Part shown: one piece after another, positions 50,101 to 59,094 of the stretch
Numbering within the stretch: position 1 is the stretch's first letter
Layout: each line of letters starts with the position of its first letter
Assembly: GCA_963762145.1 (NCBI GenBank)
Contig: CAVXJS010000011.1
Span: 800,001 to 864,000, forward strand
Origin: an uncultured Candidatus Rokubacteria bacterium
GTDB lineage: Bacteria > Methylomirabilota > Methylomirabilia > Rokubacteriales > CSP1-6
DNA length: 64,000 nucleotides
Direction: 5' to 3'
The notes under the pieces: generated by a model
Databases searched by the model: none
What the model saw: only the letters and a program-made list of their open reading frames with translations
What the model was told of the DNA's origin: nothing
Made by a program: the position numbers and the translations under genes

Positions 50101-50313
50101 CACCGCCTTCTCGATCGGGTACGTCACGGTGCGCTCCACGTCCTGGACGTTGGCGCCCTTGTAGACGGTGCCGATCTGGATGGACGGGTAGTTGATGTTC
50201 GGGAAGAGATCGATCGGCATCTTGCCGAGGGAGGTGGCCCCGAGCACCACGATGGCCAGGGAGGCCATGAGGATGGCGATGCCGTTCCGGAGGGCGATGA
50301 GGGTCAGCCACAT
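47146..50313 (-). CDS. RND efflux permease (AcrB/CzcA family) with two compensating frameshifts
   Basis: GRLLDDSIVELENI, RTRLRPIIMTS, PLARAVIGG; about 48525-48025 is out of frame, with the correct text in ORF 47943-48512. Confidence 0.9.
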   Translation of the reverse strand: MWLTLIALRNGIAILMASLAIVVLGATSLGKMPIDLFPNINYPSIQIGTVYKGANVQDVERTVTYPIEKAVSAVANVRYVESRSRQGFSVVTVQFVWGSDLDAGLTEVAQRIQQIMTTLPTGVQQPFILKFDLSNIPVCLVTITGGGLDEKQLYDLAYNTVEPQLEQLPGVASANVDGGKIRQITVNLNRDLLQAKGISVTEVARSVNDSNFLLPSGDLKLGNLDYNVFTNNQFSVVEPMENIIVRRIGGTAIRVRDIGRVEDSWETQQSVVRVNGERAVYLRVNKQPGGNTVDVVDAVKAKLPKLTGLPAGVNIRMTLDQSIYIRQSITSLWHEAAIGSLLAFFVVLFFLRSFVSTIIISIAIPLSLLLTLVAMFMLGQTLNVFTLGGLALAVGRLLDDSIVELENINRHLNIPGKARGPAVLDAAREVAMPIFVSTITTIVVFLPTVFLEGQSRLLFIPLTFTISFSLFASFLVSRTVTPLLCLHWLKPERPLAERPRNLYTRGLAVTGRLLERFDEFYQRVLGWALGHRARLIGGIAVLVVSAGALVPLIGTEFFPPSDESQFIIRIRAPVGTRVEETERTVARMEGIIRSTLTARGGERDGLDGGRAHRPLGRVLPEHRPARGPAPGLPEHPRQAEAQRPGDRRGGAPPAVRPVPGHHHAGRLRGHRQPRAEHRLPVRGRGGAARVRPQGGPGHRAGGRPRDAGGPGHRRRVHQPRGELSPVRHRGGPREGGQRGPDPAGHRADRALLAQQQRERQPVDLTDPRTGNQYNMVVQLDEPFRSAASDLSRLFVIGDGGRPVLLGSVAEIRQGTGPVMLERKYQQRIVKINANPSGRDLGAISADLEERFRGMGLPPGFSVQLGGQTVQQREAFSSLKFTSLLALMLVYMVMASQFKSLLDPLIIMFSVPLGMIGVIWALFLTNTTLNVTSFMGIIMMVGIVVSNGVLLVEYINELRRHGLDLHEAVMRAGRTRLRPIIMTSLTTVVGLIPMALGIDVGSEANAPLARAVIGGLTISTMLTLVLIPTLYVMLEERFPRRISAVEGAPVLQGDPA

Positions 50314-50321
50314 GGCGCGCG

Positions 50322-51626
50322 CTACTGCTCGGTGGCCGGAACCGTCCGGACCTTCTGCTTGGCCTTGACCAGATCCTTGCCCTGCAGGATCACCTGATCC
50401 TGCTCGCTCAGCCCCTGCCGCACCTCCACCACCCGGGAGTCGGCGAGTCCCAGCTCGACGATCACCGGCTCGACGATGCCGCCCTTCACCACCATCACCG
50501 ACGGGCGCGCTTCGCCCACGCGCAGCGCCTCCAGCGGGATGGTGAGCGCGCCCTTGCGCGTGTCCACGAGAACCTCCGCGCGGGCGAACATCCCGGGCTT
50601 GAGCTTGCGGTCGGGGTTCGGGATGTCCACCTCGACGCCCATGGTGCGGGTGCGCGGATCGAGGCTGTGGACCACCCGGACCACCTTGCCGCCGAAGACC
50701 TGCCCCTGGTACGGATCGGCGGTGATGGCGACCGGCGCGCCCAACGTCACGCGGGAGATGTCCCGCTCCGGGACCTCGATCTGCAGCTTGACGGTCCCGA
50801 TGTCCTGGAGCACGAGGATGCCCACCGAGGTCGTGCTGGTACCGGCCGACTGCGCGCTGACCGCGGCGCCGTTGTCGAGATTGCGCTGCGAGATGTAGCC
50901 GGCGAACGGCGCCATCAGCCGCGTGTTGGCGAGGTTGGTCTCCGCCAGCTGCCGCGTGGCGCGGAAGGTCTCCACCTGGGCTTCCGACAGGCGCACCTGG
51001 CTCTCCTGGGTCAGCACCTGGACCTCGGCCACCCGGAGCTGGGCGACCGCGGCCTGGACGTTGGCCGCCGAGGACTCGGTGGTGGTCCGGGAGTTCTCGT
51101 GGTCGGTGGCCGACACGAGTCCGCGCTCGAAGAGGGTCTTCATGCGCTGCGCCTGCCGCGCGTCGTTGTCCGCGACGGCGCGGGCCCGGGCCAGGTTCGC
51201 CTTCTGGTTCTCCAGGTTCGCGCGCTGCCCCTCGAGGGTGGAGCGCGCCACCTCGAGACCGGCCTCGCCGGTGAGGAGCGCGGCGCGCGCCTGCTGGAGC
51301 ACGGCCTGCAGCTCGAGATCGTCCACCTCGACCAGGAGCTGCCCCGCCTTGACGAAGTCGCCACGGTCGGTGTGGATGCGGCGGATATAGCCCGAGACCT
51401 TCGAGAAGATGGCCGCCTGCTGGGCGGCCACGATGTCGGCAGTGAAGGTGAGCTTGATGTCGAGGTCCCGGCGGGCCGGGCTCAGTACCCCTACGAGCAC
51501 GTCCGGACGGGCGCGGGTCACCGCGCGGGCCTGCTGATCCTTGAGGCGATAGACCACGAGGGTGCCGATCAGGACCATCAAGCCGAGGAGGACGAGTCCG
51601 ATGCGGTGTCGCTTCAGCAGGTGCAT
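50322..51626 (-). CDS. RND membrane fusion protein
   Basis: SKVSGYI..GDFVKAGQLL, APFAGYI, TRTMGVE, LKPGMFA. Confidence 0.92.
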   Translation of the reverse strand: MHLLKRHRIGLVLLGLMVLIGTLVVYRLKDQQARAVTRARPDVLVGVLSPARRDLDIKLTFTADIVAAQQAAIFSKVSGYIRRIHTDRGDFVKAGQLLVEVDDLELQAVLQQARAALLTGEAGLEVARSTLEGQRANLENQKANLARARAVADNDARQAQRMKTLFERGLVSATDHENSRTTTESSAANVQAAVAQLRVAEVQVLTQESQVRLSEAQVETFRATRQLAETNLANTRLMAPFAGYISQRNLDNGAAVSAQSAGTSTTSVGILVLQDIGTVKLQIEVPERDISRVTLGAPVAITADPYQGQVFGGKVVRVVHSLDPRTRTMGVEVDIPNPDRKLKPGMFARAEVLVDTRKGALTIPLEALRVGEARPSVMVVKGGIVEPVIVELGLADSRVVEVRQGLSEQDQVILQGKDLVKAKQKVRTVPATEQ

Positions 51627-51820
51627 GCGCCTGGACTGATCCATCCGGAGTATGGACCGAAAGAAGTACCTGGAGAAGTCAATTCGCCCAATTGTAAGGA
51701 CCTTTGGACTGTAGTCAAGTTTGTGAGATAGTCGGCGAGGTACCCCACGCGCGGGTGTGTGCCGGGCCGGGAATACCATGGGCAGGGGTGGTCAGAAGGG
51801 GAGGAGTGGGAAGAAAAGTC

Positions 51821-54800
51821 ATGCCGTCCGAGACGAGGCCGTCCAAGGCGGGCCGCTGGTCGGAGCCGGCCCTGCGGGTCCTGCGGGAGCGGTACCTCGC
51901 GCGCGACCAGGGCCAGGTCCGGGAGACCCCCGAGGAGATGTGCTGGCGGGTCGCGATGGCCATCGCCTCCGGGGAGAGCCGGTTCGGACGCAGCGCGGCC
52001 GCGGTCGGGGAGGTCGCCGCCGCCTTCTACGACATGATGGTCGAGGGCTATTTCCTCCCGAACTCCCCCACGCTGATGAACGCGGGCAAGGAGAACGCGC
52101 TGCAGTACTCCGCCTGCTACGTGCTGCCGGTGGGCGACTCGATGGAGGAGATCTTCGAGTCGGTCAAGGCGGCGGCCATCATCCAGCAGTCGGGCGGCGG
52201 TACCGGGTTCGCGTTCTCGCGCCTCCGCCCCAAGGACGACGTCGTCCACTCCACGGGCGGGCGGGCGTCGGGGCCGGTGTCGTTCCTGCGCGTGTTCAAC
52301 GCGGCCACCGAGGCCGTGAAGCAGGGCGGCGCGCGCCGCGGGGCCAACATGGGCATCCTCCGGGTGGACCATCCGGACGTGCTCGAGTTCATCGAGTGCA
52401 AGCTCGACGGCGGCATCACCAACTTCAACATCTCGGTCGCGGCCACCGATGCCTTCATGGACGCGGTCGCGGCCGACGGCGAGTACGACCTGATCAATCC
52501 CCGCACCGGCCAGGTCGCGGGCCGCCTGCGCGCCCGCGAGGTCTGGGACCGCATCGTGCGCGCGGCGTGGCGCACCGGCGACCCGGGCATGATCTTCCTC
52601 GACCGCATCAACCGCAGCCCCGCGAATCCGACGCCGGATCTCGGCCTGATCGAGGCGACGAATCCCTGCATCGGCGGGGACGCCCTGGTCGCGACGGATC
52701 GCGGGCTGCTCCGCATGGATGCGATCGCGGAGCGCTACCGGGAAGGCGGCCTGGCGGTGAAGGTGGACCAGCGACTGCTCCCGTCGCGGCTCATGGTGTG
52801 GGAAGGCACGAACAACGTGCGGATCACCGCCTACGGGCAGGGGTGCCTGCCGATCAGCCGGGCGTTCCACTCGGGCATGCGGGAAACCGTGACGGTGCGG
52901 ACCGCGGCGGGTTTCGAGCTGACCTGCACGCCCGATCACCGCTTGATGACGGACCGCGGCTGGGTGGAGGCCGGGGCCCTGCAGGTCGACGTGGATCGGG
53001 TCTGGGTCCAGAGCGATCCAGGGGCCTTCGAGGACGACGCGACCCTGCCGGTGGCGGTGCCGTCCGAGTTCGTCGGGCGCAACGGACGGCGCTACCGCCA
53101 CGCCCTGCCGCAGCGGTGGAGCGCCGATCTCGGCCGCGTCCTGGGCTGGCTCGTGGGCGACGGCTGGCTGCGCACCGCGGCCTATCCGCGGGTGGGCTTC
53201 GTGTTCGGTCCCGAGGACGACGGGGCGCTCGAGCGCATCGCGGGAGTCGTGACGCCGTGGTTCGGGCGGCCCGTGAAGGTCTGGTCCCGCGCGCGCGGCG
53301 TGCGGCACCTCATGTATCCCGGCAGGTTCTTCTCCGCGTTCTTCGAGTCGCTCGGCGTCCGGGCGGTGGGCGCGCGCGACAAGACGGTGCCCGAGACCTT
53401 GTTCCGGGCCCCGCGCCCGGCGGTCGTCGGGTTCCTCCAGGGACTCTTCTCGGCGGACGGGGTTTCAAACTCTCCTGAACGGATCGCGCTCACGTCGAAG
53501 AGCCGGGAGCTGCTCCGGGGCGTGCAGCTCCTGCTCCTGAACCTCGGGATCAAGAGCAGTGTCATGGATCGATCGCGGGCACCTCGTGAGGGTCTCTTCC
53601 CCTACCGGACCAAGGCGGGCGAGCTGCGCTCCTACGGCTCCGACGGCGTTCTGTTCGAGCTCGGCATCTTCGGCAAGTCACGCGGCCTGTTCCTCCGGGA
53701 GATCGGGTTCCTCAACGACAAGCAGCGTCGCCTCGAGCCGGTGCGCCACGCCGGTTCGTACGCGCAGAAGTGGAGCGATCCGGTGGCGGCGGTGGTTCCC
53801 GCCGGCCCCCGCGCGGTCTACGACCTGACCGAGCCGCAGAGCCACTCGATGGTCGCCAACGGGTTTGTCGTCCACCAATGCGGCGAGCAGCCGCTCTTGC
53901 CGAACGACGCGTGCAACCTCGGGTCGGTGAACGTGGCGAAGTTCGCGGTCGAGCGGGCGGGGCGGTGGGAGCTCGACTGGGGCGAGCTCGAGCGGGTGGT
54001 GCGCCTCGCGGTGCGTTTCCTCGACGACGTGATCGAGGTCAATCCATATCCGCTCGAGCAGGTGGACGAGATGGTGAAGGCCAACCGCCGCGTGGGCCTG
54101 GGCGTCATGGGCTGGGCGGACCTGCTCTTCACGCTCGGCATCCCCTACGACAGCGAGGACGCGCTCGAGCTGGCCGAGCGCTTGATGGTCTTCATCAAGG
54201 AGAAGGGCCACGATCAGTCGGCCCGGCTGGCCGAGGAGCGCGGCCCGTTCCCGCACTGGGGCCGCTCCATCTACCGGCACGGCCGCCCGCTGCGCAACGC
54301 CACCGTGACCACCATCGCGCCCACCGGGACGATCTCGATGATCGCGGGGTGCTCGTCCGGCATCGAGCCCGTGTTCGCGCTGGCCTTCGAGCATCGGGTG
54401 AAGGGGCCGGACGGGGAGCGCGTGCTGCCGTTCTTCAGCGAGACCTTCGAGCGGCTGGCCCGGCGGCAGGGCTTCCACTCCGAGAGCCTGATGACGGAGG
54501 TCGCCCGCCGCGGCTCGCTGGCGGGCGTCGAGGGCGTGCCCCCCGCCGCGCGCGAGATCTTCAAGACCGCGCACGAGATCGAGGCGGTCTGGCACGTGCG
54601 GCACCAGGCCGCCTTCCAGAAGCACACCGACAACGGGGTGTCGAAGACGATCAACCTGCCCGAGAGCGCGACCGAAGAGGACGTGGCGGCCGCCTACCGG
54701 CAGGCGTGGGACCTGGGCTGTCTCGGCATCACCGTCTTCCGCGACGGCTCGAAGGGCAGCCAGGTCCTCAACATGGGCCTGCGCGGCGACGGCGCCGCGG

Positions 54801-55315
54801 GAGATCCGGGGCAGCGCGGCGTGAAGCCGCGTCCGCACAGCCTCACCGGGGCCACGTACCGGATGGAGACCCCGATCGGGACCGCCTTCATCACGGTCAA
54901 CGACAACGGCGGCGGCGAGCCCTTCGAGGTCTTCGTGCAGGTGGGCAAGGCGGGATCGGACACCATGGCGGTGGCGGAGGCGCTCGGACGGCTCGTCTCG
55001 CTCGTGCTGCGGCTGCCGTCCCCGCTGTCGCCGCGGCAGCGGCTCGAGGCGGCGATCAGTCAGCTCTCCTTCATCGGCGGCGGCCAGCCGACCGGCTTCG
55101 GCGCGGCCAAGGTGCTCTCGCTTCCCGACGCGCTCGCGCGCACGCTCGCCGAGCACATCGGCACGCCGCGCGCGACGCCGGTGCCCGCGTCGGCTCCCGC
55201 CCCCGGCGGCGGGCTGCGCCGGGTGGGGGATCTGTGCCGCGAATGCGGCCAGGCCACGCTGGTGTACGAGGAAGGGTGCAAGAAGTGTCTCTCCTGCGGG
55301 TTCAACGAGTGCTAG
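51821..55315 (+). CDS. nrdJ: Class II (adenosylcobalamin-dependent) ribonucleotide reductase with an intein and C-terminal TSCPD-like/Zn-ribbon region
   Basis: FLPNSPTLMNAG, SACYV, GGGTG, RRGANMG, NP|intein|CGEQPL, TIAPTGT, SKTIN, FRDGSK, C-terminal Cys cluster. Confidence 0.93.
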   Translation: MPSETRPSKAGRWSEPALRVLRERYLARDQGQVRETPEEMCWRVAMAIASGESRFGRSAAAVGEVAAAFYDMMVEGYFLPNSPTLMNAGKENALQYSACYVLPVGDSMEEIFESVKAAAIIQQSGGGTGFAFSRLRPKDDVVHSTGGRASGPVSFLRVFNAATEAVKQGGARRGANMGILRVDHPDVLEFIECKLDGGITNFNISVAATDAFMDAVAADGEYDLINPRTGQVAGRLRAREVWDRIVRAAWRTGDPGMIFLDRINRSPANPTPDLGLIEATNPCIGGDALVATDRGLLRMDAIAERYREGGLAVKVDQRLLPSRLMVWEGTNNVRITAYGQGCLPISRAFHSGMRETVTVRTAAGFELTCTPDHRLMTDRGWVEAGALQVDVDRVWVQSDPGAFEDDATLPVAVPSEFVGRNGRRYRHALPQRWSADLGRVLGWLVGDGWLRTAAYPRVGFVFGPEDDGALERIAGVVTPWFGRPVKVWSRARGVRHLMYPGRFFSAFFESLGVRAVGARDKTVPETLFRAPRPAVVGFLQGLFSADGVSNSPERIALTSKSRELLRGVQLLLLNLGIKSSVMDRSRAPREGLFPYRTKAGELRSYGSDGVLFELGIFGKSRGLFLREIGFLNDKQRRLEPVRHAGSYAQKWSDPVAAVVPAGPRAVYDLTEPQSHSMVANGFVVHQCGEQPLLPNDACNLGSVNVAKFAVERAGRWELDWGELERVVRLAVRFLDDVIEVNPYPLEQVDEMVKANRRVGLGVMGWADLLFTLGIPYDSEDALELAERLMVFIKEKGHDQSARLAEERGPFPHWGRSIYRHGRPLRNATVTTIAPTGTISMIAGCSSGIEPVFALAFEHRVKGPDGERVLPFFSETFERLARRQGFHSESLMTEVARRGSLAGVEGVPPAAREIFKTAHEIEAVWHVRHQAAFQKHTDNGVSKTINLPESATEEDVAAAYRQAWDLGCLGITVFRDGSKGSQVLNMGLRGDGAAGDPGQRGVKPRPHSLTGATYRMETPIGTAFITVNDNGGGEPFEVFVQVGKAGSDTMAVAEALGRLVSLVLRLPSPLSPRQRLEAAISQLSFIGGGQPTGFGAAKVLSLPDALARTLAEHIGTPRATPVPASAPAPGGGLRRVGDLCRECGQATLVYEEGCKKCLSCGFNEC
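52667..53878 (+). mobile_element. Intein (404 aa) with LAGLIDADG homing endonuclease; ends His-Gln
   Basis: N-terminal CIGGDALV; block B LTCTPDHRLMT; LGWLVGDG and FLQGLFSADG; VYDLT..HSMVANGFVVHQ|C. Confidence 0.93.
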
Positions 55316-55324
55316 GGAGCGGCC

Positions 55325-55642
55325 ATGTTCTCAGGCGGTGACTACGAGGAAGTGGGCCGCTGGCTGCGCAACTTCGTGCTCGCGCACGCCAAGCGGGAGA
55401 ACCTGCGCGTGGAGGCGGTGGTCGAGAGCGAGGGGCCGCGCGAGGGGCAGAGCTACGGGGTCCGCCTGCGGCTCGGCGACGGCCTGCGCCCCGCGCCGCC
55501 CGCGCCCGCGGTGGAGCTCGGCTTCCCCGAGGTCGCGCAGAACCGCGGGAGCCTCGCGTGGTGCAGCGGCCTCGCGGATCGCGTGCGCACGCTCGCGCGC
55601 GAGTTCCCCGCGGCCGGTCCCGCCCCGCTACGCTCCGCCTGA
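55325..55642 (+). CDS. Hypothetical protein
   Basis: GGGAG RBS, fills the gap between nrdJ and the permease. Confidence 0.6.
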   Translation: MFSGGDYEEVGRWLRNFVLAHAKRENLRVEAVVESEGPREGQSYGVRLRLGDGLRPAPPAPAVELGFPEVAQNRGSLAWCSGLADRVRTLAREFPAAGPAPLRSA

Positions 55643-55646
55643 GCCG

Positions 55647-57185
55647 GTGAGGACGGCGCCGGCCGTCCGCTGGTGGGCTCCCGGCGACTGGAACGCGTTC
55701 TTCGGGCTCGCGCTCGACAACCTCGGCCTCTTCGTCATCTTCTCGGGGCTCCTGATCGGCGTCTTCGGATTCCCCTCCGACCTCGTTCTGCACGTCATGG
55801 TGCCGGGCACCGCGGCCGGCGTGCTCCTGGGCAACCTGATCTACACCGGCCTCGCGGTCCGGCTGATGCGGCGCACCGGCCGGAGCGACGTGACCGCGAT
55901 GCCCTTCGGTCTCGACACGCCGTCGCTCTTCGGGGTCGTCTTCGGCGTCCTGGGGCCCTCCATGGTCCTCACGGGCGATCCGGTGATGGCCTGGAAGATC
56001 GGCATGGGCGTCACGGTGGCGATGGGGGTGATCAAGCTCGGCTGCGCGTTCGCGGGAGACTGGGCGCGCCGCGTGGTGCCGCGGGCCGCCCTGCTCGGCT
56101 CGATCGCGGGAGTCGCGATCCTGCTCATCGCCTTCCTGCCCGCCCTGCGCATCTTCGGCGATCCGCTCGTCGGCGTGGTCTCGCTCATCGTGCTCCTCGC
56201 CGCGCTGCTGGGTGGCGTGCGGATGCCGTGGGGAATGCCGGGCGCGCTGGCGGCGGTGCTCGCGGGTACCGTCATCTTCTGGGGGCGCTGGGCGATCGAG
56301 GGCGCGGCCGGGGCGCCGGGACCGCATCCGGCGATCACGCTCGGGAGTCTCGCCCTGGCGCTGCCCCTCCCGACGCTGGCCTGGCTCGACGCGCTCGACG
56401 CCACCCTCCCGTACCTGCCGCTCGCGGTCCCCTTCGCGCTGGCCACCGTGGTCGGCGGCATCGACAATACCGAGTCGGCCATCGTCGCCGGCGACGAGTA
56501 CCGCACGCGCGACATCCTGCTGACCGAGGCGGTCGCCACGATCGCGGCCGGATGCTGCGGGGGCGTGATCCAGAACACGCCGTACATCGGGCATCCCGCG
56601 TACAAGGCGATGGGCGCGCGGGCCGGGTACACGCTGGCCACCGGCCTGCTGATCGGCGTCGGCGCGGCGGTGGGCGTCGTCGCGGTGCTCGTGCGCCTCC
56701 TGCCGGAGGCGGCCGTCGCGCCGATCCTGGTCTTCGTGGGGCTCCAGATCACCGCGCAGGCCTTCCTGGCCTCTCCGGCGCGTCACGCTCCCGCGGTCGC
56801 GATCTCCTTCCTGCCCGCGGTGGCCGCGCTCGTGTTGATCGAAGGCGGCCTGCTCCTCGGCGGGGTGGGCAAGAGCCCGGCCGATCTGACCGGCGGAGGC
56901 CAGCTCCTGTGGGGCGCGCTCCTGGTGCTGGGCAACGGCTTCATCCTGACCGCGCTGGTGTGGGGCTCGGCTCTGGTCGCGATCATCGAGCGGCGCCTGC
57001 ACGTCGCGGCCGCCGTCCTCGCGGTCGCGGCGGTGGCCACGCTCTTCGGGTTGATTCACTCGCCGCTGGCGGGCGGGGCGGTGTTCTGGCCGTGGGCGGT
57101 GGCGAGCGGGGCGCCGCACGCGCTGGCCGCCGGCTATGGCGTCGCCGCGTCGCTCCTGCTGCTGCTGGGTCGCGGCGAGGCCTAG
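55647..57185 (+). CDS. NCS2/AzgA-like (xanthine/uracil-type) permease
   Basis: GDWNAFFGLALDN, DVTAMPFGLDTPS, ESAIVAGDEY, PYIGHPAYKAMGARAGY. Confidence 0.8.
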   Translation: MRTAPAVRWWAPGDWNAFFGLALDNLGLFVIFSGLLIGVFGFPSDLVLHVMVPGTAAGVLLGNLIYTGLAVRLMRRTGRSDVTAMPFGLDTPSLFGVVFGVLGPSMVLTGDPVMAWKIGMGVTVAMGVIKLGCAFAGDWARRVVPRAALLGSIAGVAILLIAFLPALRIFGDPLVGVVSLIVLLAALLGGVRMPWGMPGALAAVLAGTVIFWGRWAIEGAAGAPGPHPAITLGSLALALPLPTLAWLDALDATLPYLPLAVPFALATVVGGIDNTESAIVAGDEYRTRDILLTEAVATIAAGCCGGVIQNTPYIGHPAYKAMGARAGYTLATGLLIGVGAAVGVVAVLVRLLPEAAVAPILVFVGLQITAQAFLASPARHAPAVAISFLPAVAALVLIEGGLLLGGVGKSPADLTGGGQLLWGALLVLGNGFILTALVWGSALVAIIERRLHVAAAVLAVAAVATLFGLIHSPLAGGAVFWPWAVASGAPHALAAGYGVAASLLLLLGRGEA

Positions 57186-58508
57186 CTCCCGATCGCGTCC
57201 AGCATCTCGCGGTCGGAGCGGAACTTGAACTCCTCGACCTTGTCCGCCGCCGCGCGCGCCTTCTCCGCCGCCTCGAGCCGCTGCACGGCGGGGTAGTCCA
57301 CGACGACCGCGCCCCGCTCGTCGAGCGTGCGGCGCAGCGACTCGACCGCGCGCTCGGCCTCGCGCGCGGGGCCGCTTCGGCCGGGCGGCCAGATAGCCCG
57401 CGACGTGCCTGATGCCGGTTTCCGCGTCGAGCCGCGCGCGGCCCACCACCCCGTCGCTGGCGCGCCGGGCCCAGCCGACCACGAACACGCCCGGCTCGGC
57501 GGCTCCCGCGCCGGGGTCGAGCACCTGGTACGCCGCGGCGGGGTCCTCACCGGGTACGGTGAGATAGAGCCCGTCCTTGTACGGCAGGCCCGCGTTCTCG
57601 TCGACGCGGTCGCCCACCGCGAACACCACCGTGTCGGCCGGGATGACCGCGGTCTCGCCGGTGCCGGCCGCGACGATGCGGTCGCCCTTGCGGTCGAGCC
57701 GGTTCTCTTCCACCTCGAGCCCGACAACGCGGCCCTCCTCGGCCACCACGCGCTTGGGCGAGGCCAGGAAGCGGAAGCGCAGCCGGGCGCGGGCCCGCGG
57801 CGACCCCTCGGGCTTGGCCGCGAGCGCGGTGAGTAGCTCGTCCGGGTTCTGGCCCGCAGCCACGAGCCGCGGCCGGATGCGCTCGACCTCCTCGCGGTAG
57901 AGCGCGTGGTCGAAGGCATCCTCGACGTCCTCGAACTCGCGGTCGTCGTAGGCCTTCTCGAACGGCCCGCGCCGCGCGATCGCGATGATCTCCTCGCAGT
58001 CGGTGAAGTGGGCGCAGTAGTTCGCGATGTCGACCATCACGTTGCCGACGCCCACGATGGCGACGCGCCGGCCCATCGGGAAGGGCCGCTCGCTGAAGGG
58101 CGGCAGGCGATTGTAGTGATAGACCAGGTCCTTGGCATGGTAGACGCCGGGCAGGCGCTCGCCGTCGACGCCCAGGTACTTGGTGCCCTGCGCGCCGATC
58201 GCGTAGACGAGCGCGTCGAAGCCGAGGCTCGCCAGGCCGGGAACCGTGAGATCTCCCGAGTTTGAGATCGTCACGTGTCCAAGGTAGGTTACGAGTGGAT
58301 CGCTGAGGATCTTGTGGAACTGGCGGCGCAGCCCGCCTTTCATCTTGTACTTGTTCAGGAAGATGCCGTACTCGGCCAGCCCGCCCGGCTTGATGTCCCG
58401 GTTGAGCAGGACCACGCGGGCGCCGCTCGCGGCCAGGGCCCGGGCGGCGAAGAGGCCGGCGGGCCCCGCGCCGATCACCGCGACGAGATGGACGGGTTCG
58501 TCGGCCAT
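57182..58508 (-). CDS. FAD-dependent oxidoreductase (ferredoxin-NADP+ reductase/adrenodoxin-reductase-like), frameshift near 57375
   Basis: VIGAGPAG, PGGLAEYG, VGVGNVMVD, ARRGP, GWARRASDGVVG. Confidence 0.85.
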
Positions 58509-58655
58509 GCCGCCGAGACCATAGCACAACCGGTGAAGCCCTTGACCACCCCCACTTGACCCCCCCAGGACGGGTAGTGTTAAATGAGAGTGCGTTTCGT
58601 CAATGATGACGGGGCGATTCGCTTCATGTTCCCCGCTCCCACAGGAGGCGTCTCG

Positions 58656-59078
58656 ATGAAGTCGGTGTCGCTCGTGACCGGTGGTCTCGCCCTGGCCGTG
58701 GCCCTGCTGATGCTCGCGTCGGGCCGCGGGCCCGTGGATGTGGCTGCCCAGACGGGGCCGTGGGTCGCGCCCGAGTCGGAGAAGGCGAAGAAGAACCCGC
58801 TGCCCGCCGACAAGAAGGCCATCGAGCAGGGCGAGAAGGTCGCCAAGATCAACTGCGTGTCGTGTCACGGTCCCCTCGGCAAGGGCAATGGGCCCGCCGC
58901 GGTGGCGCTGAACCCCAAGCCGGCCGACTGGACGTCGAAGCGGGTGCAGGACGAGCCGGACGGGGAGATCTTCTGGAAAATCACCACCGGGCGGGGCGCG
59001 ATGCCCTCCTGGCGGCACCTGCCCGAGAACGACCGCTGGGCCGTCGTCCGATTCATCCGCACGCTCGCCGGGAAGTGA
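58656..59078 (+). CDS. Monoheme c-type cytochrome
   Basis: AGGAGG RBS, signal peptide, CVSCH, AMP (axial Met). Confidence 0.9.
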   Translation: MKSVSLVTGGLALAVALLMLASGRGPVDVAAQTGPWVAPESEKAKKNPLPADKKAIEQGEKVAKINCVSCHGPLGKGNGPAAVALNPKPADWTSKRVQDEPDGEIFWKITTGRGAMPSWRHLPENDRWAVVRFIRTLAGK

Positions 59079-59094
59079 TCCGGAGGCGGGGGCG

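Noticed and set aside
51630-51820. NrdR boxes or a cobalamin riboswitch upstream of nrdJ
   Set aside because: No convincing match to either consensus by eye; only a weak GACT-GT-AGTC palindrome.
2231-57400. Many frameshifted genes (tadG, protease, rmuC, LLM, SDR, Prx tail, TetR, nfo, RND, FNR) as programmed frameshifting or mass pseudogenisation
   Set aside because: The indels hit conserved housekeeping genes, cluster in patches, include compensating pairs (RND) and show no slippery motifs or accumulated nonsense codons. Long-read assembly error is the simpler explanation.
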